DNA of 64,000 nt from Lama guanicoe (lineage: Eukaryota), in NCBI GenBank assembly GCA_013239625.1, contig MU053881.1, positions 10,067,957 through 10,131,956 of the forward strand, written 5' to 3'. Made by a program: the position numbers and the translations under genes. Below, piece after piece: positions 37,200-50,210 of the stretch; the stretch's first letter is position 1; each line of letters begins with the position of its first letter. Under the pieces are notes generated by a model that had not been told where the DNA came from, made no database searches, and saw nothing but the letters and a program-made list of their open reading frames with translations.

Positions 37200-39270
37200 C
37201 AACAGTTACTTTAGTCAAACATAAGCATCTTACTTAATGGAAAGACAATGACTGATTTCCCACCAAAGACAAGAACATTTCAAAAGTGCCTGCAATTCTA
37301 CCTTGTTTAATACTTAATACCGGAGATGTTACCAGTGTAACCAGGCCAGAGAAAACAATTAGAGGCATAAAACTGGAAAGATGTAAAACTATCTGTATGT
37401 ATAAATTGTAAGATGATATACCTAAAAAATCCAAAAGAATTGATTTTAAAATACTACATAATACAATAAAAATTCACTAAAATAGCAGAATCTATAAATA
37501 ACATAAAGTACCAATAGATTTTATATATCTTCAAACAATAATGAATTAGAAGAGATAATAAAAGAGAAAAATCCCATTTCCAGTAGCAAATTTAAAGATT
37601 AAATAGCTAGATCTACAGGTGATAAAAATGAGCAAAGTCTGCATAAAGACAATTTTTAAATTTCTTTAAAGATCAAAAGTGGAATTGCACAAATGGAAGG
37701 ACAAACCATATTCTTAGATGGGATAATGATATCATAAAAATGTCAATGATCTCCAAGCTAGTAAATTTAAAACAGTTATGATAAAATTTGCAATTTATTA
37801 GCTGGAGCTAGACAAGTTTACTAAAATGTCCTTCTTAAAAATATACATATACTAACTAAAAATGACAGGGAAAAAAAAAAGTTCAAAAAGACAAGCAATT
37901 AGATGGGGGGTGGGTGGAAGTAGAGGGAGGGTAGACCTACCAGAAATTGAAATATAGTAAAAATCTATAATGTACTGGTATTCAAAATGTGTAGGTGTTG
38001 GCATATGAATAGACAGATAGCAATATTTAGGAAAAGAAAAGTCCAGAAACTTGAGATAGGAATTCTTTAGAATAGAGAATTCCAGAATCTTGATGTATGT
38101 TTTCAGTGACATCTGTAATCACTGAGGGGAGCAAACTTTTAAACTAATGATGGGACAAATGGATAGTCATTTATAAGTTGATAAAACTGGACTAGATCCC
38201 ACATGTTACACAAGACTATTTTCAAATGGATTAGAGATTTTCAAAACTAGAAGTAGTAAATGAGAACATGAATGGATTAGTTTATAATCAAGAACTAAAG
38301 ATAGGTATTCCAGCATTCAAAATTAAGAAGGTACAAAAGATAGGACATTACACTTAAAAAGAAAAACTAAACATCAATTATAAATAATTATAAATCAATT
38401 ATATTACAGGCAGATGGTTTAATATCCTAGCATATAAAAAGGGCCTAAAAAAATCAAGAAGAAAACGGTCAAAAATCCAATACAAAATTAAGCATATATT
38501 GTGAAGAGGGTTCCAGTAAAAGCTAAGCAAGTGATACTTAAGTCTTATTTAAAAAAAAAAGTGATTGTTCTCATTCTTGGTAAGATACAAACAAATTAAA
38601 CTACAAAGAGATACTACCATTTCTCACCTATTAAGTTGACACAGATGCAAAAGTTTTACAATGTAGTCTGCTGGCAATGCTTGGGAGAAAGGAGAAAGGA
38701 ACGCATTAATGTTGTCGGAGTGACTAAAAAATGGTATAATTCTTAAAGAGAAGTTGGCATTATCAAACAGAATTGTATATTATTAACCCCTTGGTTTGGC
38801 AATCTGACTATAACAATTTTATCTAGGGGAGAAAGAAAAACATCCCAGGTATAAAATATCAAGGCAATAGTTATTCTTAGCAGAATTATTTAAAACCACA
38901 AACAGTTGGAAACAATTCAATTGTACAGCATAGAGGACAGTTTTAATGAGCTACTGTGTTTCCACAGTAGTCCAGAGTGCATTATGTTCTGCAAAGAGGC
39001 GCAGAGATCAGTATTTATGCACTGGTAGTAAAGCATCTCCAGATTATACTAAACTACCTTTTTGAAGAAGTGGGAATAAGAATACACATAGGCACGTAGC
39101 TGCTTATTTTCATAAAAAAAATAAACACTGGATAAGAAACAAGAAATAATAAAAAAGGTTTACTTATAAAGAGAATAAAAATTAGAATGAAAGCAAGATT
39201 TCTCTGAGAAGAATTTAAAATATTTTCCCTTTTAAATCATATATATGCATTAAAAAATAAACCTAATTAC
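37200..39270 (+). mobile_element. Old L1 (L1ME-like), about 2 kb of decayed ORF2 through the 3' UTR
   Basis: A-rich and collinear with L1 ORF2: caattagaggcataaaactggaaa, atatacctaaaaaatccaaaagaa, tggcatatgaatagacagatag, taccatttctcacctattaagttgac, ttggaaacaattcaattgt. Many stops and frameshifts. Confidence 0.85.
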
Positions 39271-39299
39271 CTTCCCCCCAAAACCATATATATGATTTT

Positions 39300-39700
39300 A
39301 TTTATATACTAAAACATAAATGAATCATGAGAAATAACCCTAAAATTAGAAACAAAGTAAAAACATGTGGATAAACTGTTATATAAAATTTGATTTCATC
39401 ATTATATAGAGTTTAAGTATATAATAAGTGTATTATTCATATGATATACCCATAACAGTATATATTGTAGGACAAAAAGAACTACAAAAAAGTCTTAAAC
39501 ATCATTTAGTTGTTTTATTTTTAGTATAATTATGAAATGTAGAGTAAATCAAATAATTATACAGGGTAGTATTAGGAACCAAGCATTTCAATATAAGAGA
39601 GAAAAAAAAAACCAAATAGAAAATTAAAGAAGTTAAGAAAGAAATCCTATAATATTAAATTTATATTAGGAATATCATATATAGTCATGAATATACAGCT
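39300..39700 (+). mobile_element. Old L1 3' UTR-like fragment
   Basis: gtaggacaaaaagaactacaaaaaagtcttaaac...gtattaggaaccaagcatttcaatataagaga. Confidence 0.45.
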
Positions 39701-40489
39701 TAAAAGGTTAAACACATTCTTCAGGGTTTAGTTAGCATCTCATCATCATTTGTATGTAATTATTTAAAACACACACACATTATGAATTATTGAAAAATAG
39801 CTATTAAATACAGAGAGTGAATTTTTATTGAAAATCATTCTCTCAATGCGATAAACATTCACGGTAGTCTGTCACCTTGATTCTTAACATCAGTTATAAG
39901 CACATTTTGAGATATCCTTTGTTTGTCACTCCAGAGGCTTGTTTTGTTTTGTTTTGTTTGGAGTGGAAGAATTAGAAGATTTAGGTCTGGGCTGGATAAA
40001 ACACCTTTTGTGGCTTCAGGATAAGGCAATTATGACAGAGAGGGGTCACCGCAGGGTTCTAGGACAGATCAATTTTAAGAAAAGATCCACAGAATAGTTG
40101 GGATTTGGGAATCAAATCCCTTTCAACTTTCCATGCTTGATGCTTGAAGACCCTTTGGACAATGCTTAGGCAGACCCAGGCATTCACGTACCCAGGTTGA
40201 AGACTCCTGCCCTAAGATCACCCAAATGTAATTGAATCACTGGCATCCTCCTTCCCTGGTGTCTTTCCTCTTCCCTCCCTTCAGCTGTTATTCCTCTCTA
40301 GAATATGGTTATTCATAATTAAACAAAAATAAGCCTCACTTGCATAAAAAAAATCTAGAGAATACTCACATGTGAACAAATTACAGATATTCCATACAGT
40401 GACCAAGCTTTCATAATTTCACACAGCTTGTTATTCTAATGCTGTCTTATTTATTACCTGTGGCAAAAGAAACACTGCTCCTTAAATAA

Positions 40490-40715
40490 TAGCAATGTTA
40501 ACAAGAGGTATTTATTGATTGCCCACATTATATCAGACGTTGTACTGCGATGATATTGTTCGGTCCTCATTTGTCTTAATAATCTGAATTTCACAGATGA
40601 GGCTCCCAAGCTTGGCTTAGCGAAATACTATCCCGTGTCCAAGGTCACATCAACCAGTAACACAGAATTCCAAATACATCTGACTTCAAATGCTGTGCAT
40701 TATGCTGCTATGGTT
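40490..40715 (-). mobile_element. MIR SINE
   Basis: atttattgattgcccac...tttcacagatgaggct...tgtccaaggtcacat...tctgacttcaaa. Confidence 0.75.
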
Positions 40716-43275
40716 GCCTGGTTTCAGGTTGAAAAACTGTATTCTTCCATATTTGGGGGGCTCCAATATTCTGTTTTATAGTCAATGCCTTTTTTATCTT
40801 GAGTTTGAATGAATCAGTTTTATATTGCGTATTTCAAATTCCTCTAAAATTCTTGTCTTGGCCAAATACCTGGCTTGGTCGATTTTGAAGCTCCCTTCTA
40901 GCACGGAAGCTTTGTAGGTCTACAAGTTCTTCTTTAGTCTATAGCTCATTGAAAGCATTTCACATAAGGCAATTACTACAACAACAAACCCAACCTGCTA
41001 ATCTTATCCTTTCTGGCTGATAAAAGCAGCTGCTCTGAACTAAATCCAGCAGACACTATTCTAGCTTTTCTTTCTTGTCACTCCTTTTCTTTCCCAACTT
41101 TGCCTTTTTTTTTTTTTTAATAAGCTGCTTCTTCATTTCTTTTTATCATTTCTGCTCCTTTACTGGTCACTGATTTGGAGAGTCAAGGAGGCCTGCCAAA
41201 CAATTATTCCAAGAGTCAGCTTTAATAATTGTTAACCTTTTCTGCAAAGCAAGGCTCATATTATTAGAGAAGGCACTGGTTCCACACAGGGGCTGTTTTC
41301 TCATGAAATAATTCTGAAAGACTGAAAAGGCCTCCAAAAATACCTCTCTCATTTTTCTGCCAGGACATCTGAAATATGTGCTATTGGACTCACTCTTTGC
41401 CCGATGACACTGAGGTGCCTTCTAAAATGCATGTAGGTTGAGTGAACGAAGGGTGAGGAAACAGGGTGTAGAGGAATAGAAGAGTAAGCTGGAATCACTT
41501 ATTAAATGTTTAAAATGATTTTACTTAAATCACTGCATCACACAGTTATGGAGATCCTAGGGGAACAGGGCAATGACCTGCTAAATTTTGAGTGTTCACA
41601 CTGGAGAGACTCTGCCTGATGAAGTGAGGGGTGGACTAACCCTTGGGAGGCAGGAGCAGCCTGAGGGCATTCTGGTGAAATGACAAATGGAACTGGGAAC
41701 TCTGCCTACTTAACAACTTCGCCCAAGGCCAGCCTATCTCTGGAGGTCATCTTCAACCTCAGGTCTGCAGACTTGATTGCATCGGAAACCGCACAGGACA
41801 GTGGGTTCCTATCCAATACCTAAATATCTCTGGTCAAGGAATTCCAATGACCTTGGCCCAGAGAGAATTTATCACAAACTGTTTACTTCACATTCCTGAA
41901 AGTGTAAATACCCAAAGCCAGGCAATAATGATGGCTCTTTATAAACTCCGCCACTGCCACTCTCTGAGATGACCCAGAGCTGCACAAGCGATGGAAACAC
42001 GATATACTTGCTCTCTTGCAAATTAAGCTGTGAAGATCTGCCTCAAACCTTCTACAGAGATTTCTCAATGAAAAGGGAAGCGTCTGCATCGTTCGCCCTG
42101 CAGTACACTCAGAGCACCAAGATTTCTAATTATAAACCTGTTCTTTCTAAAAAAGCCCCCAGGCACACATCTGCAGCAGAAACCCCCACTGATAACTGGA
42201 TTTCAGCTCTTTTCAAAGGGCAAGACCTTGGAAAAGGCACTGAGTGACAGATAAGGGTTTGGAGAAACATGCAGAGGACAGGTGCATACATCTAGGGTTT
42301 CTGAATTTTCGAATGGCAGCTCTGTCTGAACATCTAAGCACTCAGCCAAAAATAATGTATCAGAAACAGAAATGAGGGACGATTATGATGTCTTATGTCC
42401 AGCATCTCATCGAACCAAGGTGTGCAAACTCTCCCTAATGGACAGAATGCAGCCCAAAAATATACCATCAAGAAATGTATTCTCCTGCCTTTGACAATGC
42501 TTGCTTATTGGGGCTCACCTAACAGCGGTCTTGTTGACTAGAAGCTGTTTTATTCCTGCATGAGGGGCAATAATGTTAACACAGGTGACATGATACTAAA
42601 CTTAAAATATGCACTGGCATGCAGAATTAAAGCAGAGATGCAAGTCCTCATTGCTCTGTTCACCTATGGAGCAAAATATTAGCACACTGCTTTAATTGGC
42701 TTCTTCTATGATCAATTTTTGAAAATAAATCATGCAACTCTAGAATGTCACCATAGGAAGTTATAAGCGGGTAGCTTTAGAAGTCCTTTAATGCTCTTTT
42801 ATGGTTAAAGAGAGGGATACAGATTACTTGATTTTTCATTTGTTAGATTTTTTTTCTTTTTAAACAGATACGGGAGTCAGTCATTCTAAGGTGATTCCCT
42901 TTTTAAACCTAATCTCACATTCATATAGCAAGGCTTAATGAGTCCACCAGGAGTAAACAAATTAGTCTCTGGGATAGATTATGCATTAATTAATCAAACT
43001 AATAGTATTGTATAATGTGCAATAGATGAAAATTAGTTCTCAGCAAAATACGCACATCCAAGAAGAGAACTGGAGGAAAAAATATGGAGTAATAAAGAAA
43101 AATCAGTTTCTAGAAATATAAGCTAAACAGCTCAGCTTTCCCGCCACACGTCTGAGGCCATTCAGTGGCAGAGAGAACATTCAAAGACGGCCTTTACAGC
43201 GGAAATGGCTGTGTGACAGAGATGTTATAATGAGGAAGAAAGCGGCTTTGAGTGGTGATACCTGCAGGGCTGTCG

Positions 43276-43585
43276 AAGGGGTGAGCAAACCACAGACTGC
43301 AATCCATTTTTGTGCGATTGACGAGCAAACCATTGTTTTTACATTTTTAAACGGTCGAAAGAAACCAAAAGAAGAGTAGCATTTCGTGACGTGGGAATCG
43401 CATGAAATTCAAATTTCAACGTCCATCAGTAAGGCTGGAACAGAGTCACCCGTGTTCGTTACACATTGCCCGCGGTAACTTCCATGCTACAACAGCAGGT
43501 TGAGGAGTTATGACACAGGCTTGGCCCGCAAAGTCAAAAATATTTACTTTCTGGCTCTTCACAGAAAAAAAATTGGCCAACTCTA
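43276..43585. mobile_element. MER58B (hAT-Charlie) DNA transposon
   Basis: aggggtgagcaaac...catgaaattcaaatttcaacgtccat...ggcccgcaaagtcaaaaatatttactttctggctcttcacagaaaaaaaattggccaactct. Confidence 0.85.
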
Positions 43586-43684
43586 CTCTCTAGGAAATAA
43601 AAATCCCCTGCTATGTGAGGATCAGTGAGTACAGGGTACAAGAACGGATCTTAAAAATTAGAGAAGAAAGCAGATCCCATCTCA

Positions 43685-44355
43685 TGTGATGCACTACAAA
43701 GAATACATCACTTCTTGCTCTTCCTGCCAAATTCCTCTGTCAAATTTCGAGGGAAAAAAAATCAGACAACCAAAATAGACATTATTCAAAAGCATATTAT
43801 ATACTTTTATATACAATATTAGACTTTTTTAAAAATGACAAGGTTGTGAAAGACAAAGAGAGACCAAAGAATGGATCCAGGATAAAGGAGACTAGAGAGA
43901 CTTCACAACCAAATTCAACATGTGACCCGGGATTGGAATGTGGACCAGATTTTTTTTACTTTTTAAATATTTGGCAACAGAGGACATCATTGTATAACAG
44001 AATGAAATTTAAGTAAGCTTTGAAGATTAGATAATAGTACTGAATCAAAGCTAGTTCTGTTTTTGATCACTGTGGTCATGTAAGAGGAGGTTCTCGCTCT
44101 TAGGAGATACACAGGGAAGTATTTGGAGATAAAAAGGCTGCTGTACTAGTGTCCCATTTATTCTCAAATGTTTCAGGAAAAGTAATGTGTAAATGTATGT
44201 GTATCCATCCATCTATCTGTCTACCTGTCTTTCTATCTATTGAGATGGAGAAAATATGCAGTTTTGGCAAAATGGGAAAATCTGGGTAAAGGATATAATG
44301 GAGTTCTTTATACAGCACAACTTTTCTGTAAGTCTGAAATTATTTAAAAGTAAAA
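43685..44355 (+). mobile_element. Old L1 (L1MC-like) 3' UTR
   Basis: gaaagacaaagagagaccaaagaatggatccaggataaaggagactagagagac...aacttttctgtaagtctgaaattatt. Confidence 0.85.
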
Positions 44356-44360
44356 CATAA

Positions 44361-44458
44361 TTTTTTTTTTATTGAAGAACAGTCAATTACAATGTGTCAA
44401 TTTCTGGTGTACAGCACAATGCCCCAGTTATGCCTATACATACACATATTCATTTTCA
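44361..44458 (-). mobile_element. Very short young L1 3' tip with 15-bp TSD
   Basis: T10, then attgaagaacagtcaattacaatgtgtcaatttctggtgtacagc. TSD tatttaaaagtaaaa at 44341-44355 and 44459-44473. Confidence 0.9.
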
Positions 44459-44859
44459 TATTTAAAAGTAAAATATTAAAGAAAAATAGGATGAAAGCCC
44501 TTCTAACTCTGGTAGCAGTTGCAGGGGGTGAGACAGGCTTGGACTCCAGTGTGCCTTTCTCTCCATACCCGGATCTCCCCTGTGACTCTCTCCACCAGCT
44601 CCCCACGTAGCATAAGGTCTAATTCATATTTTATAGAAAAATCCCTTATTCTGTATCACTAATAGTGGTTCTGCTCCTCCAATCAACTCTGACTCATAGC
44701 CTTGGCTCCCAGAAATACAGCAAAGGTCATTTAGCAAGCACTTGACCCGTTCATCTCAACTCAAGTCTCACTTCATTACTTTATCCTTTGAAAGCATCTC
44801 ATTACCTCGAACTGCCAGGAGAGTGTACTGAGAAGTGCATAATAATAAAAATGAATGAA

Positions 44860-45085
44860 ATCACCATTTGTTGAGCGCCTACTATGTGAAGAACCCTGTG
44901 ACACACATTACCTCTAAAACTCACTAACACCCCACAAGCTAGTTATCATCCTAAAAACTGAGAGTCAGAGAGGTTAAGTCACTTGTCCAACAACTCCCAC
45001 ACATGTGATGGTAAAGCACAAACTCAAAAGCAGTTCTACGCAACTTTCAAGTTCGTATTTCTTTCAAGTTCATTTTTTTTTAATG
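44860..45085 (-). mobile_element. MIR SINE
   Basis: ccatttgttgagcgcctactatgtg...aaactgagagtcagagaggttaagtcacttgtccaa. Confidence 0.85.
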
Positions 45086-45689
45086 CACCAAGGTGTCATC
45101 TTAGGAAAAAGAAGTAGCCATCTCAGGCTTCAGAGGAAATATGCTTTGTGACTGCCCAGAAATTTATCAAATCTCAATATTCCATTCTTGCTTATTCATA
45201 TCATAGAGTTATTATATATTTGAAGAACAATAACGACTGGATACATATTAACAACTTTATGAAGTCCCTGTGTCCTAGAAAATAAAATGACAGTAAATGC
45301 TGATGTGCACAGTGAGAAACATCACGTAACCCTTCAATAAAGAGCTATTCAGTTATCTCAACATATAAACACTTTTACTTAGCTTTTTATTTTTTTTGAC
45401 CTGCAGACCTTTTCAAACTGTTAAAAAACTTTTTTCCTTAACACTCTTTTGATGGACTTCTACACCCATGCTCTCATTTAAACTTTACAATAACGAACCA
45501 AGGCAATCTATAGAACTTGTGTTACCCACGTTTGCTCTACAGACGTACAGATTAAATCCTAAGAGACCACATAAATCATCTTAAGTGGAATCTGCTGGTT
45601 TTATCTAGTTAGTTTCCTTTCTCCTTTTACTTTATAAGAACAGATTTTGCTCGAAGACTCCCCTTCCCACGCAATTTTCAGCTCCTGTC

Positions 45690-46060
45690 GTCTGCCCAGG
45701 GCTGGTTCTACCATCATGACTAGCGGAGGGGATATTACGCTGCCCTGGGAAGTCATGATGCATCAGGCACCCAATCACAATGATCTGTTCAGAACAGAGC
45801 TGCAATTCATGGCGGTGTATTCAGGGCTAAGCTCAGAAGGAGGACCATGATGGGACCATCCACCTCCCCTGAATTTGGAGCTAAAAGAATGTAAGCTTCT
45901 AGTCGTATAGCTCAATACACAGTGAAGAATGAGCTTGAAGTCAACACAGAAGTAAGGAAAGGGGGTACGCAGAATAATAGCTTCACGTTACTTAAATACC
46001 TGGCCCCAGCTATAGTGGAAGGCAACGACCTTAGAATTTTTCAGTGACATTTAAAATTGA
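45690..46060 (+). mobile_element. Old MLT1 (MLT1J-like) LTR
   Basis: gaatgtaagcttctag...tgaagtcaacacagaag...aaatacctggccccagctatagtggaagg...tttttcagtgaca. Confidence 0.55.
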
Positions 46061-48266
46061 TTCTGTTTTCCTGCGTCTTATCTCCATCCCTCCTACTTTC
46101 CTTTCCTCCCCTTCCATCCTTTCCTCACCTCTAACTAAGCTTTGCTGTCCAAAGCTGAATAATAATAATGCTGAATAATCATACCCATCCAAGGTTCCAA
46201 GTCTTAACTGCAAGTCTAGGACTTCGGTTTACCGATTCACAGCATAGGCGACTTATTCCCCAGGCAAGCTACCTGTTTAGAAGATGGTACTTATTTCCTC
46301 TTTTATGGAGACACACTTTAAATCCAAACATTCATCCCACTTTTGCTTCTCTGGAGGCTTTTCTTTCTTGAATATCCACTGGAAGAATAAATGCGTGTGG
46401 AATCTGACATTTTTCCAAGCTGTGTAATTGCATATGTAGCATAAAGGACACCAAGAAGGCAAGATTGATTTGAGTGATATTTTTCTGCTGAAGAAACCCA
46501 GTTGGTTTATGCTATAATCAAAGCCCAGAAATTGAATTATAACATCAGTCATCAATGTCTCCCCTAATCAATTATTTTTATTATGTTTAGGGAAGATTTA
46601 CAAGCAAAAACAAGCATTTCTGAATTGTTTCTGTGTGGGGTTTTCGTCCCATGTTCTTTCAAACAAGAGACTGATAAACCCTGTACGGTACTGTGGCAGG
46701 AATTCACTATATTTTGATGAAAAGGAAGTGAGAACATTTTTGTCTGAGTGATGAAGAGGCAGGCACTAGGTAATTTATAGCAAAATAAAAGTGATACTGT
46801 ATTATACTATAAAGCTGTCAATTGGATTATCACCGAATAAGCTGTTCAGTGTTTACTTGTATGCAACTGATATGTTGAACAAGCAGAATGAGTAGAATGC
46901 AATCAGAAAACAACTTTATTTTTTCCCCCTCACTGCTTCTTCAAATCCGTTTTATGCAAACAGTTCTTCTGCACCGAAAAGAAATCATGGGCAAGTCTCA
47001 TGATGGAGCTTCTTCCCTTTACCCAATAAACCACTTCAGTTAACCTCAGCCACGAAAAAAAATTATCTCCTTTTAGTAATTACTTTGTCCACCGTGTTGT
47101 ATTGATCACAAACCCAGAAGGTGATTCAAAGTTAAAGGTTTCTCCCAATGGACCCTCCTTCCAGCAGCCCCGCTCTCCTCCGGTAGCAGGAAGGGGGCGC
47201 GGGGTTGGTGTCGTTTTTCCCCCTTGACTGCTGCTCCTCCTCCCTCGTTCACTAGGCTGCCTGTGGCTTCTCCAGGGCTGAAACAGAGGAGGGAGGAGAG
47301 GCTGCTGACAGGAAGGGTCTTCCTGGGCTGACACTGGGTAAATGGGGTGCTGGTTTTCTCTGGAAGTGGGAGATGTTTAAAGGTGATCCTTTTCTGCACA
47401 CATGCTCCCTTTTCCTCCTGGGAGGTGTCCCCAGAGTTCCTCTTACTTGGGTAGCTGGCTCTCCTTCAGTGGGCCATTTACCGCCCCTCCTCAGTTCTGT
47501 ACCTCACTGTGTACTTCCCGCCTCTTCTGCTGAGGTCACTTGTCATTGGGCAGAGGCTCTCTGGGGAAGCAGCCTAGAGCCATCATTCCCACTGGGGGAT
47601 GTCATGGAGTTAGGGAGAAGGTGGTTTCTTCCCAAATGCAGCTCTGTTCTCCGCTGCCGTGACCTTTGGGCAGCCTCTGCTGCAGCCTTTTAGTTCAGGA
47701 GTGAATCAGACACCAGGCGCCATGTCTACTCACCTTAAAGATTCATACCTCCAGGATGTTCGTGGGGAACCTTTTCAACCAGGTTTGAGGGGAAGTGAAA
47801 ACCGTCAGTCCATCCTCTGCCATGAATAACTCTTCCAAGAAATTCTTTTATTTTCAAACTGTTGGCCCCTCTAAGCTAAAACTTTTTAAAAGATTGGCAA
47901 AACTGGTTTGAAGCCACCTCTCACTCTCTCTGTAAGTCCTGCTTGGGTAGTCTAGCCCCTCCCAGTTGGCACCTACTTTATTAGAGCTCTGGTTAAATCT
48001 GAGTCACATTAAATAGCTCACTGATGTGAATCCTTTCCACTCAAAGAAGTTGCACCAAATGTCACAACATTTTCATTTTAAAAATCATATTCTATAGCTA
48101 AGTCAATCTACAGTTGTCTACACATATGCTAGTTAGGGATAACTAAGGAACTATTTTTACCTTGCTGGTATACAGTTAACATTTAGATTTAATTTTCAGT
48201 TAACTAATCTGCTTGACAGCCGCATGCTGAGTAGAGTTATATATCTCTTAAAGAATAAATGCACTA

Positions 48267-48472
48267 TATAAAATAGATAAAGAACAAGGTCCTACTGTGT
48301 AACATAGAGGACTATATTCAATACCTTTTGATGGCCTATAATGAACAAGAATATGAAAAGGAATATATTTATATAAATATAAATGAATTACTATGCTGTA
48401 CACCAGAAATTAACACAACATTGTAAATCAACTATACTTCAATAAAAAGAAAGAAAGAAAAAAGAAAGAAAG
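48267..48472 (+). mobile_element. Young L1 3' end with (GAAA)n tail and 17-bp TSD
   Basis: TSD aaagaataaatgcacta (48250-48266) and aaagaataaatgtacta (48473-48489), at a tt|aaaga endonuclease-type site. Confidence 0.93.
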
Positions 48473-48584
48473 AAAGAATAAATGTACTAACTAGTTGTAG
48501 AATGTGAGGAAATATTCTAAAGAAACAGTTCCATGAAATAGGCATTTCCCAGGAGGAGGCACTCCGCCACTAACCCTTAACAGG

Positions 48585-48690
48585 GTAGATAGATCGACAG
48601 AAGATAACTCGATAGATGGAATGACAGATAGAAAGATAAATAGATAGAAAGAAGACAAATAGATAAATATATAGGCAGATAAAAAGAATA
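48585..48690. repeat. Degenerate (GATA)n low-complexity tract
   Basis: Directly visible. Confidence 0.75.
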
Positions 48691-48840
48691 GGTCTGGTAA
48701 AGGTTTGTTTTTTTTTCCCCCTACTGACTAGACGTAAGCAGAGAAGTTTGCTGAGATTTTAGTTTCAATGATAAGCAAATCCAAGAGGACACCTAGTTAA
48801 TATACGAGGAAGAAAGTTAACACCTCTGGTGACAACAGCA

Positions 48841-49061
48841 CAGTGGCTGTGAATCAGGGATGACTGTATCCCCTAGGGGACCATCTGGCAATAGCTGGAG
48901 ACATTTTTGACCACACAGCTGTAAGGGGGCAGGTGTGCTGCTGGTACCTTGTGGGTAGAGGCCAGAGGTGCTGCTAAATACACTCCAGTGCACAAGACAG
49001 CTCCCACAACAAAGAAGGATCTCGTCTGAAATGTCAGCAGTGTTGAGGGTAGGAAGCCCAG
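48841..49061 (+). mobile_element. MER20 DNA transposon, full length
   Basis: cagtggctgtgaatcaggg...ggagacatttttg...gtgggtagaggccagaggtgctgctaaa...cccacaacaaagaa. Confidence 0.92.
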
Positions 49062-49854
49062 CTCCAAAAGAGGAGGAACACCATAAACTGTCAACAAAGG
49101 GTAATGAATATAAAACTTTGTAATTTTTACACCTTTTAACCAGCTTCCTTTCTTCCACTTATTCCATGAGGAAAGGACATTGTAGAGTGTATGCTGATCT
49201 GGTAAGTGAGGAAAAGAAATTCAAGGGACTCTAGAGGACTCCCTACTCCTCCCTTGAATCAGCTTTAAAGTGGAAGAAACCCAGCACAGTGAGCTTCAAA
49301 ACGCAAGACTGGGTGTTCTCCAAAAGACTTTTCAAAAACCATGTATGTCTTCACACATTTTTAAACTGATATCTAAATTTCAAATTATCATTTGTGTAGA
49401 ATTGCAACTTACGCATTTTCCAGAAGTGAGGCAGATTGCATATGTCTTAAACACACACGTGTCAACAGTTAAGAGCTGCAGATTTAGTTCACTCAACTGA
49501 ACAAGCTAATTGGCAAAACTCACCCTCATTGTCAAACCAGCCCTTCACATCAAATGTAACGTCAATCAGAAAAATGTCTGATTTTAGTTTTTATTTAAAA
49601 AAAAGATAATGTACCTCCTTGTGACAACCTTCCTCATTTATTAATTCTTATTTAAGACAGACGAGAAAAGGACAGGAAGGAAGGAAAGAAGGATGAGACA
49701 AAGGAAGGAAGTTAGTGTGCCACTACAGTGTAAGCACCAAAAGGGCAAACATTTTTTTTACTGTTGGTTATAATACATTCTCTGAACAGTAGCACATTGT
49801 AGATGCTGTATCAGTTTTTAAAATGCTTTATAATTTAATACTTAATGGAAGAAA

Positions 49855-50210
49855 AGATGATGGGTAGATAGAAAGAAAGACAGATAGACAGAAAGTAGAT
49901 TGATATAAGATACATCGATAGATGGAAAAACAGATAAATAGAAAGGAGATAAATAAATAAGTATACAGACAGATAAAAAAGGTAGAAAGATAGATCAAAA
50001 GACAGAAAGAAGATAAACTGGTAGATCAACAGATCAACAGATAGATTGAAGATAAGTAGTTAAAGATAATTGATAAAGATAAAAAGATCAATAGATGGAA
50101 AGAAGATAAATCGACCAATCAATGGAAAGACAGATAGATAGACAGATAGATAGACAGATAGACAGATAAAAACCAAGACTGATCAATCGATTGACTGATT
50201 GATAGACAGA
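49855..50210. repeat. About 350-bp degenerate (GATA/GACA/GATT)n array
   Basis: Directly visible purine-rich tetranucleotide array. Confidence 0.9.

Noticed and set aside
4719..47840. Repeated TTCCAAGAA/TTCTTGGAA STAT sites (about 4719, 7004, 11571, 47832)
   Set aside because: They are dispersed over 43 kb of AT-rich DNA, so enrichment is marginal without a statistical test.
49855..50210. CRISPR-like or coding repeat array
   Set aside because: A simple degenerate tetranucleotide repeat with no repeat-spacer structure, in a eukaryotic context.
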